Shown: positions 39,511 through 49,810, counted from the stretch's first letter. The stretch: 64,000 bases of DNA from Candidatus Latescibacterota bacterium (GCA_965208125.1 OZ242320.1:2400001-2464000), one strand, 5' to 3'. The notes: generated by a model not told the origin, from the letters alone. Program-made: numbers and translations.

Positions 39511-40539
39511 ATGCGCATACAAAACTACTGGCGGTACCCGGGGTGTGGGCCGCATGCGGCGGCGTATCTCGGAGACGGGTTGGTAGCCGCACCGTCAAAA
39601 TACGGCAATCGCATCACGTTCTGGAATGTGAGTGACATCGAACGCCCTGAACTGGTTGCGGACTTGCCGGACCGCCCCGATTGCCAGTCAGTCGCCTTCT
39701 GCAACGGATATCTGATGGTGGGCAGTGATCGCGGGATCGAAAGCATGCGCTTCTCGAAGGCGGATCTCGTCCCCATCGACTGTAGCGCATTTGCCCCGGA
39801 AGTCAACGATTTTGAAGTGGCTGCCGACACGGTACTCGCCGTCAGCAAGCGAAACGTCATCAAAGTTGTACGCGTTGAGGACGATGGCCAGTTGACTGAA
39901 ATCGGCGTGCGCGAAGATGTGCTCGCCCGCTGCCATGGGGCAAGCCATGAAGGATCCCTGGTTGGCGTGACGGGATTCAGAGGAGATGGCAGGGTAGAGA
40001 CCCCTCTCGGCCTTTTTCCGGACGCTGTGGATGAGGATGGACGATTCACCGATCCAGACGGCTGGACGCTTGCCAACGGAGGTGAGCCTTCGAGGTGGTA
40101 TATGAACATTTCGAACCGCATTATCCTGTACCGGAAGCGCGCCTATGTGGCAACTGGTATTTCAAGGATCCAGGATCCCAGGAGGGAATGGTTGCTGGAT
40201 CCATCGGTCACAGTTCTCAGTGTGGAGCATCCTGATGCCCCGGAGTTCCTGGGCAATTACCCCTGTACTGGTTCCGCGACCTGCACGGGGCTTTATCTCG
40301 ACCGGGACCGTGAGTGCTTAATCGTCGGATCCGGGAATATTGTGCGCCGCTTTGACATCGATGGCGACCTTTTGCACGAAACCGACAGGCTTGCGTTTCC
40401 CTACGGAGATTTTGGCGACGGATATCCCAGGGCCCCGACGATCCACGATGTGTGCAAGACCGATTTGATCTGTGACGGTCTGCCCGTTTTTTTCGCCGGT
40501 GCTCAGGCGACCGACGATCTATACCTCTTCACGGTTTGA
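39511..40539 (+). CDS. Hypothetical LVIVD-like beta-propeller protein
   Basis: WNVSDIERPELV and LSVEHPDAPEFLG blades. Confidence 0.5.
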   Translation: MRIQNYWRYPGCGPHAAAYLGDGLVAAPSKYGNRITFWNVSDIERPELVADLPDRPDCQSVAFCNGYLMVGSDRGIESMRFSKADLVPIDCSAFAPEVNDFEVAADTVLAVSKRNVIKVVRVEDDGQLTEIGVREDVLARCHGASHEGSLVGVTGFRGDGRVETPLGLFPDAVDEDGRFTDPDGWTLANGGEPSRWYMNISNRIILYRKRAYVATGISRIQDPRREWLLDPSVTVLSVEHPDAPEFLGNYPCTGSATCTGLYLDRDRECLIVGSGNIVRRFDIDGDLLHETDRLAFPYGDFGDGYPRAPTIHDVCKTDLICDGLPVFFAGAQATDDLYLFTV

Positions 40540-40683
40540 GTAGAATGGGCATTCTCGAATCTGAAAGCGGAGAAGGGTTTTTTGATCGAAACACAGGCGT
40601 CCTAAGGGGAAGAGGTCGCTTCTATTGTGAACTGGCTTGCGGGGATCGCGTGATCCGGTGGCTATTTATTACAGGAGGCCCGT

Positions 40684-41913
40684 ATGAGGCAGCTTGAAAA
40701 TGGATTGAGTGAACGGACGCTGGCTTTTGAGCCTGGTTTTGAGGTGTACGGTGAGGTGGTGAGTCGCACGTTTCAGCCGTCGTATGTGGTTACGCGCGAC
40801 GGTGTGTTGATCGCCTTTTGTCAGGGCAGGTTACGCGGCGGCCGCGACGACGATCCAAAGGTGATTCTGACGAGCAGGAGCAGGGATTGGGGCGCGACGT
40901 GGTCGCCAGCGAGGGCTGTTTCGGGACGGATCACCCACTACGCGGTGTCTGCGTATCTTTCCGAACGAGATGGACGTGAGCGCGTGTCCGTTCTGTCTAT
41001 GGTTGATTTGCGGGGTACGGAGAATATTTACGACAAGGACTATGGCGAGATGCGGGCGCAGTCCGGTATCGATATCGATGCCGTGGGGCGCGATACGCCT
41101 ATGGTTCTTTGCCGGTTTGATTCGGATGATGATGGCGATACCTGGACTATGGAGACGTTGCTCGGGGACCGGTCGCCTCTGAATCACTGCTATTCCGATG
41201 GTACGCTGATTATGTTCAACGCGGTGGGGCAGGTTCACGCGATTTCTGAAGGTCCTTATCGGGGGCGGTACGTTCTGGGGGGACCTGTTACTGTGGTGCC
41301 CGAGGGAGAGGCCGTTACGAATTATTTTCGCAACCATCCCCAGTCCGGTTCTGCCGTTATTTATAGCGATGATCAGGGCGAGACCTGGCGCGTGGATGGT
41401 TTTATTACGGATTATCTGGCTAACGAAGCTTCCGCTGTGTCGATCAATCGCGGTGAGGAGTTGCTGCTCGTCCGCAGGCTGAATTCGCGCGGTATGCTTG
41501 AAGCTCACGTTCCCTTCTCGGATGTGCGTCCCGGTTCTGTGCAGCGCATTGCCCATACTTCGACGGATTGCGGAAAGACGTGGTCCAGACCCTTTCTCGT
41601 CGATATCAGTGGGGTGCTCTGCCACGGCACACTTGCCCGGGGCGGGAGGCGTCTGCTCTTTTCTATTCCCAATGGCTCCGGTCTGCCCGAATCCGAGCGG
41701 CAGCACGCCACAGAGCGCCAGCGCGGTGCGATCTATTTTAGCGATGACGAAGGTCAGGCATGGCGCCATAAGGTTATCGAACCAGAGACTTTCTCCTACA
41801 GCACTGTTGGTCCCCTCAATGAATCCCAGTATATCACGCTCTACGCATGCAGTTCCATGGGGCAGGAGGGCGTCGGATGTCGGGTGTTTGAGGATGCGTG
41901 GCTGGATGCTTAG
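40684..41913 (+). CDS. Sialidase/BNR-repeat protein (GH33-like)
   Basis: Five Asp-boxes: SRDWGATW, SDDDGDTW, SDDQGETW, STDCGKTW, SDDEGQAW. Confidence 0.85.
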   Translation: MRQLENGLSERTLAFEPGFEVYGEVVSRTFQPSYVVTRDGVLIAFCQGRLRGGRDDDPKVILTSRSRDWGATWSPARAVSGRITHYAVSAYLSERDGRERVSVLSMVDLRGTENIYDKDYGEMRAQSGIDIDAVGRDTPMVLCRFDSDDDGDTWTMETLLGDRSPLNHCYSDGTLIMFNAVGQVHAISEGPYRGRYVLGGPVTVVPEGEAVTNYFRNHPQSGSAVIYSDDQGETWRVDGFITDYLANEASAVSINRGEELLLVRRLNSRGMLEAHVPFSDVRPGSVQRIAHTSTDCGKTWSRPFLVDISGVLCHGTLARGGRRLLFSIPNGSGLPESERQHATERQRGAIYFSDDEGQAWRHKVIEPETFSYSTVGPLNESQYITLYACSSMGQEGVGCRVFEDAWLDA

Positions 41914-41933
41914 AAGGATATAGGGGGTATGTT

Positions 41934-42707
41934 ATGATTGGCGAATCTGAAATTGCACAATTTGAAGAGGTTGGGGCGGTCACTATCGATACGCCTTTTA
42001 GTAAAGCGCGGCTGGATCGCGTTTCGAGGGTTTTTGATCGGATGTTGCCGTTTGAAGGCCCGGAAGATGGGAGACCTCCCCAGTATCGTGTGGGGCAACG
42101 GTATTTTCTCGAGCCTGAATTGCTGGATCTGATCCAGGATCCGTTTTTGGAAGCTGTGGCGAAAAAGACGTTGGGGGCCGATGCCGTGCATTTTTTTAAT
42201 GCGTTTATTGTCACTTCCTATCCACAGCCCGGCGCAATATTCAGTTTTTCCGAACATGTGGATATTAAATATAGCCTTTCAGACCTGGATGCCACACCCA
42301 AACAGATGCTTTGCAGTTGTCTGCTCTGGTTGAGCGATGTGACGGAAAAACGGGCACCTCTTATGTACCGACCCGGTAGCCACCGTTTGATTGCAGGGGA
42401 TGTGGAAAAGCATGGGACTTATATTCAGAATCCAGTCCCATTGCGAGAACTTCCCGAGTTGCCTTTTGCAGATCCGGTTCCTTTGCTTGCAAAGGCGGGG
42501 CAGATGACGGTTTGCACCACGGCAATGGTCCACGGCGCATCTATCAATATTGATACGTTTCCCCGGAAGGTGATGTTTATTGTGTTTAAGCCCGCAGGAT
42601 ATACTATTGATGCCAACATGAAAAGCATAGAAGTCCGAGAACAATATTATCGCGAGTTGAGAAATCATTTGCGTGAAGATCGATTGGGTATTCTCGAAAT
42701 GAGTTGA
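41934..42707 (+). CDS. PhyH family dioxygenase
   Basis: EHVD, PGSH, MVHG. Confidence 0.8.
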   Translation: MIGESEIAQFEEVGAVTIDTPFSKARLDRVSRVFDRMLPFEGPEDGRPPQYRVGQRYFLEPELLDLIQDPFLEAVAKKTLGADAVHFFNAFIVTSYPQPGAIFSFSEHVDIKYSLSDLDATPKQMLCSCLLWLSDVTEKRAPLMYRPGSHRLIAGDVEKHGTYIQNPVPLRELPELPFADPVPLLAKAGQMTVCTTAMVHGASINIDTFPRKVMFIVFKPAGYTIDANMKSIEVREQYYRELRNHLREDRLGILEMS

Positions 42708-42782
42708 CTAACCTTGCAAATGTAATCTGAAAACGAAAAATTAGTTCTTGACATTTTTATCAACACAACGATCCCCTGAAAA

Positions 42783-44180
42783 TCAACCCGCGAACCTGGC
42801 CCCTGTATAAACCTGACTCTCCATCATTCGTTCCAGGATCCTCAGCTTCAGAGAATTCTCCACGTCAGCCATATCGGCTCTTCCGGCCAGGTTATTCACC
42901 TCACTCGGGTCGTTCTTCACGTCAAACAGCAGGTAGGCCTCCCCTTCTTTGTTGAGTGCAATCTTCCAATCATGATTCAACAGCATGACATCTCCGCCAT
43001 ATTCCGAAATCGCCTCGCTCCGGTGTTCGATCGAGGGGTCTGCAAGCATCGGGCAGAGGGATTTCGCAAACTGGGGATACTCGATTTCCCCTCCCGCTAG
43101 TTCAGCAAGTGTCGGCCCCGCATCAAACCACTCCGTATGGCTTGCGCATGTCTTTCCAGCAGCCGACCGACCGACGGTGTCAGGGGTCCGAATCACCAGG
43201 GGTACGCGAACGGCGCCATTCATAAAATTGCTTTTCGCCAGAATTCCACAATCACCGTTCATTTCGCCGTGATCAGAGACCAGAAGAATCACCGTATCGT
43301 CAAGCTCACCACGTGCTTCGATCGCCAATAGGATCTCTCCGATTTGGTCGTCAATCAGAGTCACGTTACCGGCGTAATCCGCTCGTAGTATCTTTTCTTC
43401 TCCAGGGTCGAATGTGGGCCTGTTGTCCAGGATATCATCCAGGGTTCCCCGAGGTCGCTTGCGCTCATCTCCGAAATAAGGAACCGGACTGGGCATGGCG
43501 TCGGGGTGGTACTTGCTCGCGTACGGTTCAGGTGTGTCATAAGGCATATGTGGTCCGCCAAAACTCACCCAGCAAAACCACGGCTCGGAGCGATCATAGC
43601 TTTCTAGATAGCCTTTGGCCTGCTGGCCTACATATATATCGTAATAGTCCTCCAGCCCCACTGCCGAGGGCCGCACCAGGTACCGTTTGGTTCTGGAACG
43701 CTCAGCGAGGTCCGCTTTGTACTTTTCCCACAGACCCTTTTTTTCCCACATCGAAGTCATATGAGAAACGCAGTTTGCGCACGCTCGTGGGCCCCCAATT
43801 TCATTCACATCATCCAGCCCATAGGCGTGCAACAGGTGCTCTCGACTGCGCAAGTCACCTGACGTAGGATGCAGGTGTGTCTTGCCGAACAGACTGGTTC
43901 GATACCCACAGGACCTGACAACCTGGGTCCACGTTTTCGCGTCGGTCGCCAGGGTATGGTCCTGATGATTCCACACACCCGTATTGTGAGGGTAGTGTCC
44001 CGTAGCCAGGCTCAGCCTTGCAGGTACACAGATAGGCGAATTCGTAACGCAATTAGAAAACCTCACGCCTTCATTTGCGATCCGATCCATATTCGGCGTT
44101 TCAACCCAGCCACCAGTGCAGCCCATCGCATCTGCACGCTGTTGATCCGTCATCAAGAGCAGAATATTCGGTTTCGCCAT
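42783..44180 (-). CDS. Sulfatase (S1, Cys-type)
   Basis: PNILLLMTDQQR, CVPAR, GKTH, SDHG. Confidence 0.93.
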   Translation of the reverse strand: MAKPNILLLMTDQQRADAMGCTGGWVETPNMDRIANEGVRFSNCVTNSPICVPARLSLATGHYPHNTGVWNHQDHTLATDAKTWTQVVRSCGYRTSLFGKTHLHPTSGDLRSREHLLHAYGLDDVNEIGGPRACANCVSHMTSMWEKKGLWEKYKADLAERSRTKRYLVRPSAVGLEDYYDIYVGQQAKGYLESYDRSEPWFCWVSFGGPHMPYDTPEPYASKYHPDAMPSPVPYFGDERKRPRGTLDDILDNRPTFDPGEEKILRADYAGNVTLIDDQIGEILLAIEARGELDDTVILLVSDHGEMNGDCGILAKSNFMNGAVRVPLVIRTPDTVGRSAAGKTCASHTEWFDAGPTLAELAGGEIEYPQFAKSLCPMLADPSIEHRSEAISEYGGDVMLLNHDWKIALNKEGEAYLLFDVKNDPSEVNNLAGRADMADVENSLKLRILERMMESQVYTGARFAG

Positions 44181-44287
44181 ATGTGATTCTTCCGTTTGTC
44201 GGCAATAGAGTGTGAAGCGTTAGAACGCATCATAGGTAAATCAACCGTCGGTTTTGATAGAGAGATTTATTTATAATCCAACAAGTG

Positions 44288-45100
44288 CTACACATCCCAC
44301 CTTGCCAATTCCATCCACCGCGTCATCTCTTTTTGAGCTTCATTAAATCGTTCGCGGATCTCTGGCGGAAGACATCTGTGGTATCCATTTGGAGGCTCGC
44401 GCATCATCACATTATAATGTGCGTGTGTGTAGTTGAAATATAGATTGGATCGCACTGGCTCTGTGGTCTTGGGCAGTCCATTGTGGATGACGGTCTCGGA
44501 AAAGAGTAAGACATCGCCTGCCTTGCCCGTTACTGCGACAGCACCCGGAAGATTCAATCCCTGATATTCCTGCCAGCTCAAATCAAAATTGCTTTTGTGT
44601 GAACCCGGTACAGCCACCACGCATCCGTCGTCGGGTCCATTATCTGTTAAAAAATACACAGTATTGAGCATCCGAGAACGAATATCGCCGTTTCGATAAC
44701 TGTAATCCGTTGTTGGCACGCCGCGATGCCATCCCCCATGTTGCGCTCCCTTGTATTTAGAAATCGACCAGGTGTTGATGAGTTGTGGTTCGCCCATAAA
44801 TGCCTTCAGATAAGGCACGACTTTCGGATGTGCGATCATCAGGTCAAAGACGGGATCAAGCCGTAAGAGACCGTTCAAACGGATCTGCAATTCTCGACTC
44901 TTATCACAGGTTGGTAGTGGTTTTGGTCTGCCAAAAGTGGGTGCAGATGCCATCCATTCATCTTTGTATGTCCGACTTTCCAAATCGGACAGGACATTCA
45001 GAGTGGCTTCACATTCTTCGGGTGTCAATACATTGCGCAGGATCAGAAAGCCACTCAGGTCAAAATGGAACCGGTGTTCGATTGGTATATTATCTGCCAT
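44288..45100 (-). CDS. PhyH family dioxygenase
   Basis: FDLSGFLILRNVL, WHRG, VPGSHK, IHNG. Confidence 0.85.
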   Translation of the reverse strand: MADNIPIEHRFHFDLSGFLILRNVLTPEECEATLNVLSDLESRTYKDEWMASAPTFGRPKPLPTCDKSRELQIRLNGLLRLDPVFDLMIAHPKVVPYLKAFMGEPQLINTWSISKYKGAQHGGWHRGVPTTDYSYRNGDIRSRMLNTVYFLTDNGPDDGCVVAVPGSHKSNFDLSWQEYQGLNLPGAVAVTGKAGDVLLFSETVIHNGLPKTTEPVRSNLYFNYTHAHYNVMMREPPNGYHRCLPPEIRERFNEAQKEMTRWMELARWDV

Positions 45101-45209
45101 ATTTGATGCTCCTGTTATCTTCAATTCAAGCCGAACAACAAGCGAACGTATAGAACGATTGAAAAATCCAAATAAATGTAGCTTTGTGAACCAATGGCTG
45201 CAAGATGAA

Positions 45210-45238
45210 AAAGCCACTCCGAATTTCAGGAGTGGCTT
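45210..45238. terminator. Intrinsic terminator
   Basis: AAGCCACTCC-GAATTTCA-GGAGTGGCTT. Confidence 0.7.
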
Positions 45239-45265
45239 CTTGAGGTGGATGGTGTTTGGGACCTG

Positions 45266-45544
45266 TTACACGTTTGAGGTTGGGTTCTCAATCTCCAGGA
45301 GGCGTTGTTCAAGGAGCAAATTAACCAGACTCTCGATACTTACACCCCGTGTTCGAGCAAGACGTTGCACACGCGCTAATAACTCACGGTCAACCCCTAC
45401 CAGGTATTGCCGTCGTGCTTCTGGCGCAAAATCGAAATCAACAGGCTCCGTCTGTTCCCAATAGTCGGCAAGACTATGTGTATCCCAGAACGTTGCCATT
45501 TCTTCGTAGCTGTCGAATTTCGGAATTTTTTTATCGTCGTGCAT
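45266..45544 (-). CDS. CopG/BrnA-type antitoxin
   Basis: IPKFDSYEEMATFWDTHSLADY plus RHH-like C-terminus. Confidence 0.85.
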   Translation of the reverse strand: MHDDKKIPKFDSYEEMATFWDTHSLADYWEQTEPVDFDFAPEARRQYLVGVDRELLARVQRLARTRGVSIESLVNLLLEQRLLEIENPTSNV

Positions 45545-45724
45545 ATTGCCTTCTTTCCTTGTCACGCGCACTCAAAATGAATATAGTTTTGTGAACCAAT
45601 GGTTGCAAGACGAATTTCTACAACTACAGGCTTGATATTATGCTCAAAAAGTTAGATTTTTATTGTGAAGGGTAAATTCTCAGGATATTTTTGTGCGTAC
45701 TTCTGTCAGATCTTCCTCGTGCTC

Positions 45725-46360
45725 TCATTTGGCTCTCGATGATGCAGCATTTTCTTTTAACAGGTTGATTTGCGAGGACAGGGCTTCTTCGAGATTTTTT
45801 GCGTTCATCCGCTGTAGAATCTCCTGTTCGTATGTGGACATGAGGGGCGTTTGAATACCATTTGCTTTTGCATTGATCAGGTAGCTAATGCCATCTCGCC
45901 CCTGGTCTTTCTTTTTTACGCTGACGCTTTGAATAGCCAGCTTTGCCAGGTGTGCTGGTGTCAAGGGTTGGATATTAGCGGCAATTCGGGCGTAATAAAC
46001 CACATCGATGCCCTTGAAATGTTCCAGCGGTTCTGCATACACCTTATTATCACCGGGGTTTACATGGGGTTGGTAAATTTTCCGAGTGTCAAAACAGTTC
46101 GTTTCCCGGCGCCAGAGCATATTTTTAGCTTCAGCTTCAGATATGCCGTCTCTTAATATTAGGATAACGCCTTTTACAGAAGCACCACCCTCGGCGACCG
46201 GAACTAACGTGGGTGCATAATTGCGGCTTCGGCTCTTCCGGGCGAATTCAACCATAAATGGCGTATTGACATCTTTGATTTTTGCAGCCGTGTTCGGTCC
46301 AAGTTCTGGACCCGGATTGTCTATTAGAGAGCCGTAGGCGAGAATACCGATTCGTTTCAT
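45725..46360 (-). CDS. Gamma-glutamylcyclotransferase-like hypothetical protein
   Basis: ILAYGSL motif, LWRRE. Confidence 0.5.
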   Translation of the reverse strand: MKRIGILAYGSLIDNPGPELGPNTAAKIKDVNTPFMVEFARKSRSRNYAPTLVPVAEGGASVKGVILILRDGISEAEAKNMLWRRETNCFDTRKIYQPHVNPGDNKVYAEPLEHFKGIDVVYYARIAANIQPLTPAHLAKLAIQSVSVKKKDQGRDGISYLINAKANGIQTPLMSTYEQEILQRMNAKNLEEALSSQINLLKENAASSRAK

Positions 46361-46430
46361 GTTCAGATCCCAATCTGTCTGTTGTGACTAAATTTGTGCG
46401 TGCTGCCAATCACCGAAACCATCTTCGAAT

Positions 46431-47000
46431 ATGAAAACAGACCGATTTCCATCGAAAGTTCCATTCTTCCCAGTCGGATCTTATAACCTGCGTGGAATAA
46501 AACCTGAGGACGCACGCTCTCTCTACCATTTTATGTCGGATAAAGAGGTAACCCAATTTACAAGCTTACATGCAGAAACGCTTGAAGAGGTCCAATCATG
46601 GATTGAACTTATGATGGAACAGTTTGAAAAGAAACAATCGATTTATTGGGTTATAACAGAGGATAATCGTGCCATTGGTCGATGTCACTATATTTATCTC
46701 GACGCTATACATTCAAGAGCCGAGATTGGATACTACCTCGCAAAAGAGTACTGGGGCTGCGGAATTATGACGAAAGCTGTTGCTGCAATTGTAGAATACG
46801 GCTTTGAACACCTCAAATTGAATCGAATCGAAGCAAGGTCGATTTCCAGGAATTATGGTTCCGCACGCGTCCTTGAAAAAGTCGGTTTTTCAAAAGAAGG
46901 TACCCTGAGGCAGCATACTTTTAGAGCCGGTGAGTTTTTCGATGTTGAGGTGTTTTCGTTTTTAAACGAAGATTGGCAACAATTGAGAAACTCTTTATAG
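46431..47000 (+). CDS. GNAT RimJ/RimL-family acetyltransferase
   Basis: AEIGYYLAKEYWGCG, SARVLEKVGFSKEG. Confidence 0.9.
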   Translation: MKTDRFPSKVPFFPVGSYNLRGIKPEDARSLYHFMSDKEVTQFTSLHAETLEEVQSWIELMMEQFEKKQSIYWVITEDNRAIGRCHYIYLDAIHSRAEIGYYLAKEYWGCGIMTKAVAAIVEYGFEHLKLNRIEARSISRNYGSARVLEKVGFSKEGTLRQHTFRAGEFFDVEVFSFLNEDWQQLRNSL

Positions 47001-47048
47001 CACACATTACAACGACAAAAGACGGCATCCAGATGGGCACCAAAGAAA

Positions 47049-47080
47049 AATGGGTTGCGCATAAATTTGCGTAACCCATT
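47049..47080 (-). terminator. Terminator after tRNA-Val
   Basis: AATGGGTTGCGCA..TGCGTAACCCATT stem with U-tract on minus strand. Confidence 0.75.
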
Positions 47081-47088
47081 GTTTTTAA

Positions 47089-47165
47089 TGGTGGGCGATA
47101 CTGGACTTGAACCAGTGACCTCTTGCATGTCAAGCAAGCACTCTAACCACCTGAGCTAATCGCCC
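47089..47165 (-). tRNA. tRNA-Val (anticodon GAC)
   Basis: GGGCGATTAGCTCAGGTGGTTAGAG...CTTGC-TTGACAT-GCAAG...GGTTCAAGTCC...CGCCCACCA. Confidence 0.97.
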
Positions 47166-47359
47166 ACTAATTTGAAAGAACACACGGCCTGGTATGAACA
47201 AAAGCTATATGGATACAAAAATGTTGTCAAGCGAATTTTCTGACGGACGGTCGATTTTTTGGTGTGAAAAAGTGGGCAGAAATGCATATCATAGTATTGG
47301 AAGACCAGTACATTGCCGATAACTTTGAATTGGTTTGCTGGTTGGCAAAGGAGATAAAA

Positions 47360-48268
47360 ATGCAATATCGCAATCTTGGGCGCACTGGCATTAAAGTATC
47401 TGTTGTCGGTCTGGGGGGACACGAGTTCCATCCTGATTCGCGTGTCGCTGGCTTTGGGGATAACAAGGACCTGGCAGTAACTCCTGGTCACATTTTTCCT
47501 GGCTTTGGTGGAGAGAACAGACTGCGGATTGTAGAGACAGCTCTGGAAGCTGGGGTCAACCTCTTTGATCTGACAATCGATTCTGAGAAAGAGGCTATGG
47601 GCAGGATTCTGAGAGCGGTGGATGTCAAAGATGAGATTCTTATACAAACCCGGCCAGAGGGCATGGTCTATACCTATGACCCGCACAACAGGAAGATGGC
47701 GGACTACAGCCTCTTGAGAACTGAAGCGATCCGAGCTTTGAAGCTCATACAGCGGGAGGTGATAGACATCTACAACTTTGCCTTCATGGCAGATGCCCTA
47801 AAACACGATCCGGACTACCTCGATAAAATTGCGGACAACATCCAGAAGCTCAAGGATGAGGGGCTGATCCGATTTGCTTCGGCAGATACATTTTCAGGTC
47901 CGGAGACTTATGCCAAACAGTATGACAAGGGCTGCTTTGATACAACTTTCATAAACTGCAATCCCCTCGAAAAGGCCAAATTTGGTGATACCATCGTGAA
48001 AGCGGAAAAGCAAGCGTTAGGCATCCTGGGGCGCGTGCTCTTTCAGAAAGCAAAGGTGTTTGCAATTGCAGAAGAAAAAGGCTACGTCAACAGGGCACAA
48101 GTTGCTAAGGCTCTGATCAAGTGGGCAGTCAAGGATAGCGGAGTTCACACCATCATGTTGGGTGTCTCCTCTCCAGATCAGTTGACAGAGAACCTGACTG
48201 CCTTAAAAGATCTAAATTATGATGAAGATGAGATCAGGATTATAGAGGCACTGAGCGAGGAATCTTAA
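47360..48268 (+). CDS. Aldo/keto reductase family protein
   Basis: MQYRNLGRTGIKVSVVGLG; LKDEGLIR; AAGGAG RBS. Confidence 0.85.
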   Translation: MQYRNLGRTGIKVSVVGLGGHEFHPDSRVAGFGDNKDLAVTPGHIFPGFGGENRLRIVETALEAGVNLFDLTIDSEKEAMGRILRAVDVKDEILIQTRPEGMVYTYDPHNRKMADYSLLRTEAIRALKLIQREVIDIYNFAFMADALKHDPDYLDKIADNIQKLKDEGLIRFASADTFSGPETYAKQYDKGCFDTTFINCNPLEKAKFGDTIVKAEKQALGILGRVLFQKAKVFAIAEEKGYVNRAQVAKALIKWAVKDSGVHTIMLGVSSPDQLTENLTALKDLNYDEDEIRIIEALSEES

Positions 48269-48340
48269 TATGCAAATTTCACATGGTGCTCTTGACGGTC
48301 AGCGCCACCGCACCCTTATTTCAACAGAAGGATTTGTGTT

Positions 48341-49768
48341 ATGAAACCATCTATGTTTCTCACTATAGCTGCTTTTGTATTCTCTGCCGCTGGTGTGGCT
48401 CCGGGTGCCGAAGCCTCTGCGATTCCTGCGTTTCCCGGTGCCGAAGGGGCCGGTGCTCAAACTGTTGGTGGTCGAGGTGGTCGCGTCATTGAGGTTACCA
48501 ACCTCAACGACAGCGGTCCTGGCAGCCTTCGCGCCGCCGTAGAAGCCACTGGGCCCCGCACCGTTGTCTTCCGAGTCGGTGGCACGATCCACCTTCGCAG
48601 CCCGCTCAAGATCAGCGAGCCTTATCTCACCATTGCTGGCCAGACCGCTCCTGGCGGTGGCATCTGCCTGGCCGACTATCAACTCAGCATTGATGCCGAC
48701 GAGGTTATTGTGCGCTTCCTGCGTGTTCGCCTTGGCGATACTTCGGAAAAAGATATGGACGCCATCGGCAGCCGGTATCATAAGAATATCATCATCGATC
48801 ACTGCTCAGCCAGTTGGAGTATAGATGAATGCGTTTCTCTCTATCGCGGAGAGAACATCACCGTCCAATGGTGCCTGATCTCAGAAAGCCTCCGAGAATC
48901 GACGCACATAAAAGGTGCCCACGGCTTCGGTGGCATCTGGGGTGGCAAGCGCGCCAGCTACCATCACAACCTCCTGGCACACCACTCCAGTCGCAATCCG
49001 CGTATCGCAGGTCGTGAGCCCTTTGTCCAGCTTGTCGATCTGCGAAACAACGTCATCTACAATTGGGGCTACAACTCCTGCTACGGCGGCGAGGGCGATG
49101 TTCGCATCAATCTGGTCAATAACGTTTACAAACCCGGCCCTGCAACCCGCGAAAACGTGCGCGCTCGTCTCACCAACCCTTATGAAGGTGATGAAGGTCC
49201 CGAAGGGTTGGAGCGTTGGTGGATTGCTGGAAATCTCGTTATGGGTGCTCCAGACGTCACTGCTGACAATTGGCTCGGCGTCCATCCCGGTAATGATCTC
49301 CCTATCAATCATTTTCGTGCCGAGGGTCCTTTCGAGATTGCACCGATACATACGGATTCCGCCGCACGCGCTTACCAGCGCGTTCTGGAACACGTCGGTG
49401 CCATCCTCCCGAGCCGTGACACGTACGACAAACGTATCGTCGCCGAGGTAGAATCCGGCACGGCCACTTACGGTGGTTCGTATGGCGAAGGTTCAGGCAT
49501 TATCGACTCCCAGAAAACGGTTGGTGGCTGGCCCGAATTGGCTTCCGGTCAACCACCTGCCGACACCGACCGCGATGGTATGCCCGATGCCTGGGAGAAG
49601 CGTTATGCACTCAACCCGGCTGATCCTGCAGACGGCCCCAAAGACCGTGACAACGACGGCTATACCAATCTTGAGGAATATCTCAACGCGACAAACCCCA
49701 CGGTTTATATCGATTATAGTGACCCGGCCAATAATCGCTTTAGTTGGGACATCGAATCGACCGAGTGA
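48341..49768 (+). CDS. Secreted pectate lyase (PL1-like)
   Basis: AFPGAEGAG, GGRGG, IIDHCSASWSIDE, RNPR, DTDRDGMPDAWE. Confidence 0.9.
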   Translation: MKPSMFLTIAAFVFSAAGVAPGAEASAIPAFPGAEGAGAQTVGGRGGRVIEVTNLNDSGPGSLRAAVEATGPRTVVFRVGGTIHLRSPLKISEPYLTIAGQTAPGGGICLADYQLSIDADEVIVRFLRVRLGDTSEKDMDAIGSRYHKNIIIDHCSASWSIDECVSLYRGENITVQWCLISESLRESTHIKGAHGFGGIWGGKRASYHHNLLAHHSSRNPRIAGREPFVQLVDLRNNVIYNWGYNSCYGGEGDVRINLVNNVYKPGPATRENVRARLTNPYEGDEGPEGLERWWIAGNLVMGAPDVTADNWLGVHPGNDLPINHFRAEGPFEIAPIHTDSAARAYQRVLEHVGAILPSRDTYDKRIVAEVESGTATYGGSYGEGSGIIDSQKTVGGWPELASGQPPADTDRDGMPDAWEKRYALNPADPADGPKDRDNDGYTNLEEYLNATNPTVYIDYSDPANNRFSWDIESTE

Positions 49769-49810
49769 GCGTCTCAGTTCAAGCATTCGGGTTTTTTACT
49801 GGAGGTGTGT

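Larger units (their letters stand above)
45175..45614. repeat. 35-bp direct repeats (45175-45209 and 45580-45614) flanking an antitoxin gene
   Basis: AATGTAGCTTTGTGAACCAATGGCTGCAAGATGAA vs AATATAGTTTTGTGAACCAATGGTTGCAAGACGAA (31/35). Confidence 0.8.

Noticed and set aside
40541-40653. Possible gene remnant between the propeller and sialidase genes
   Set aside because: Too short and interrupted to assign without a search
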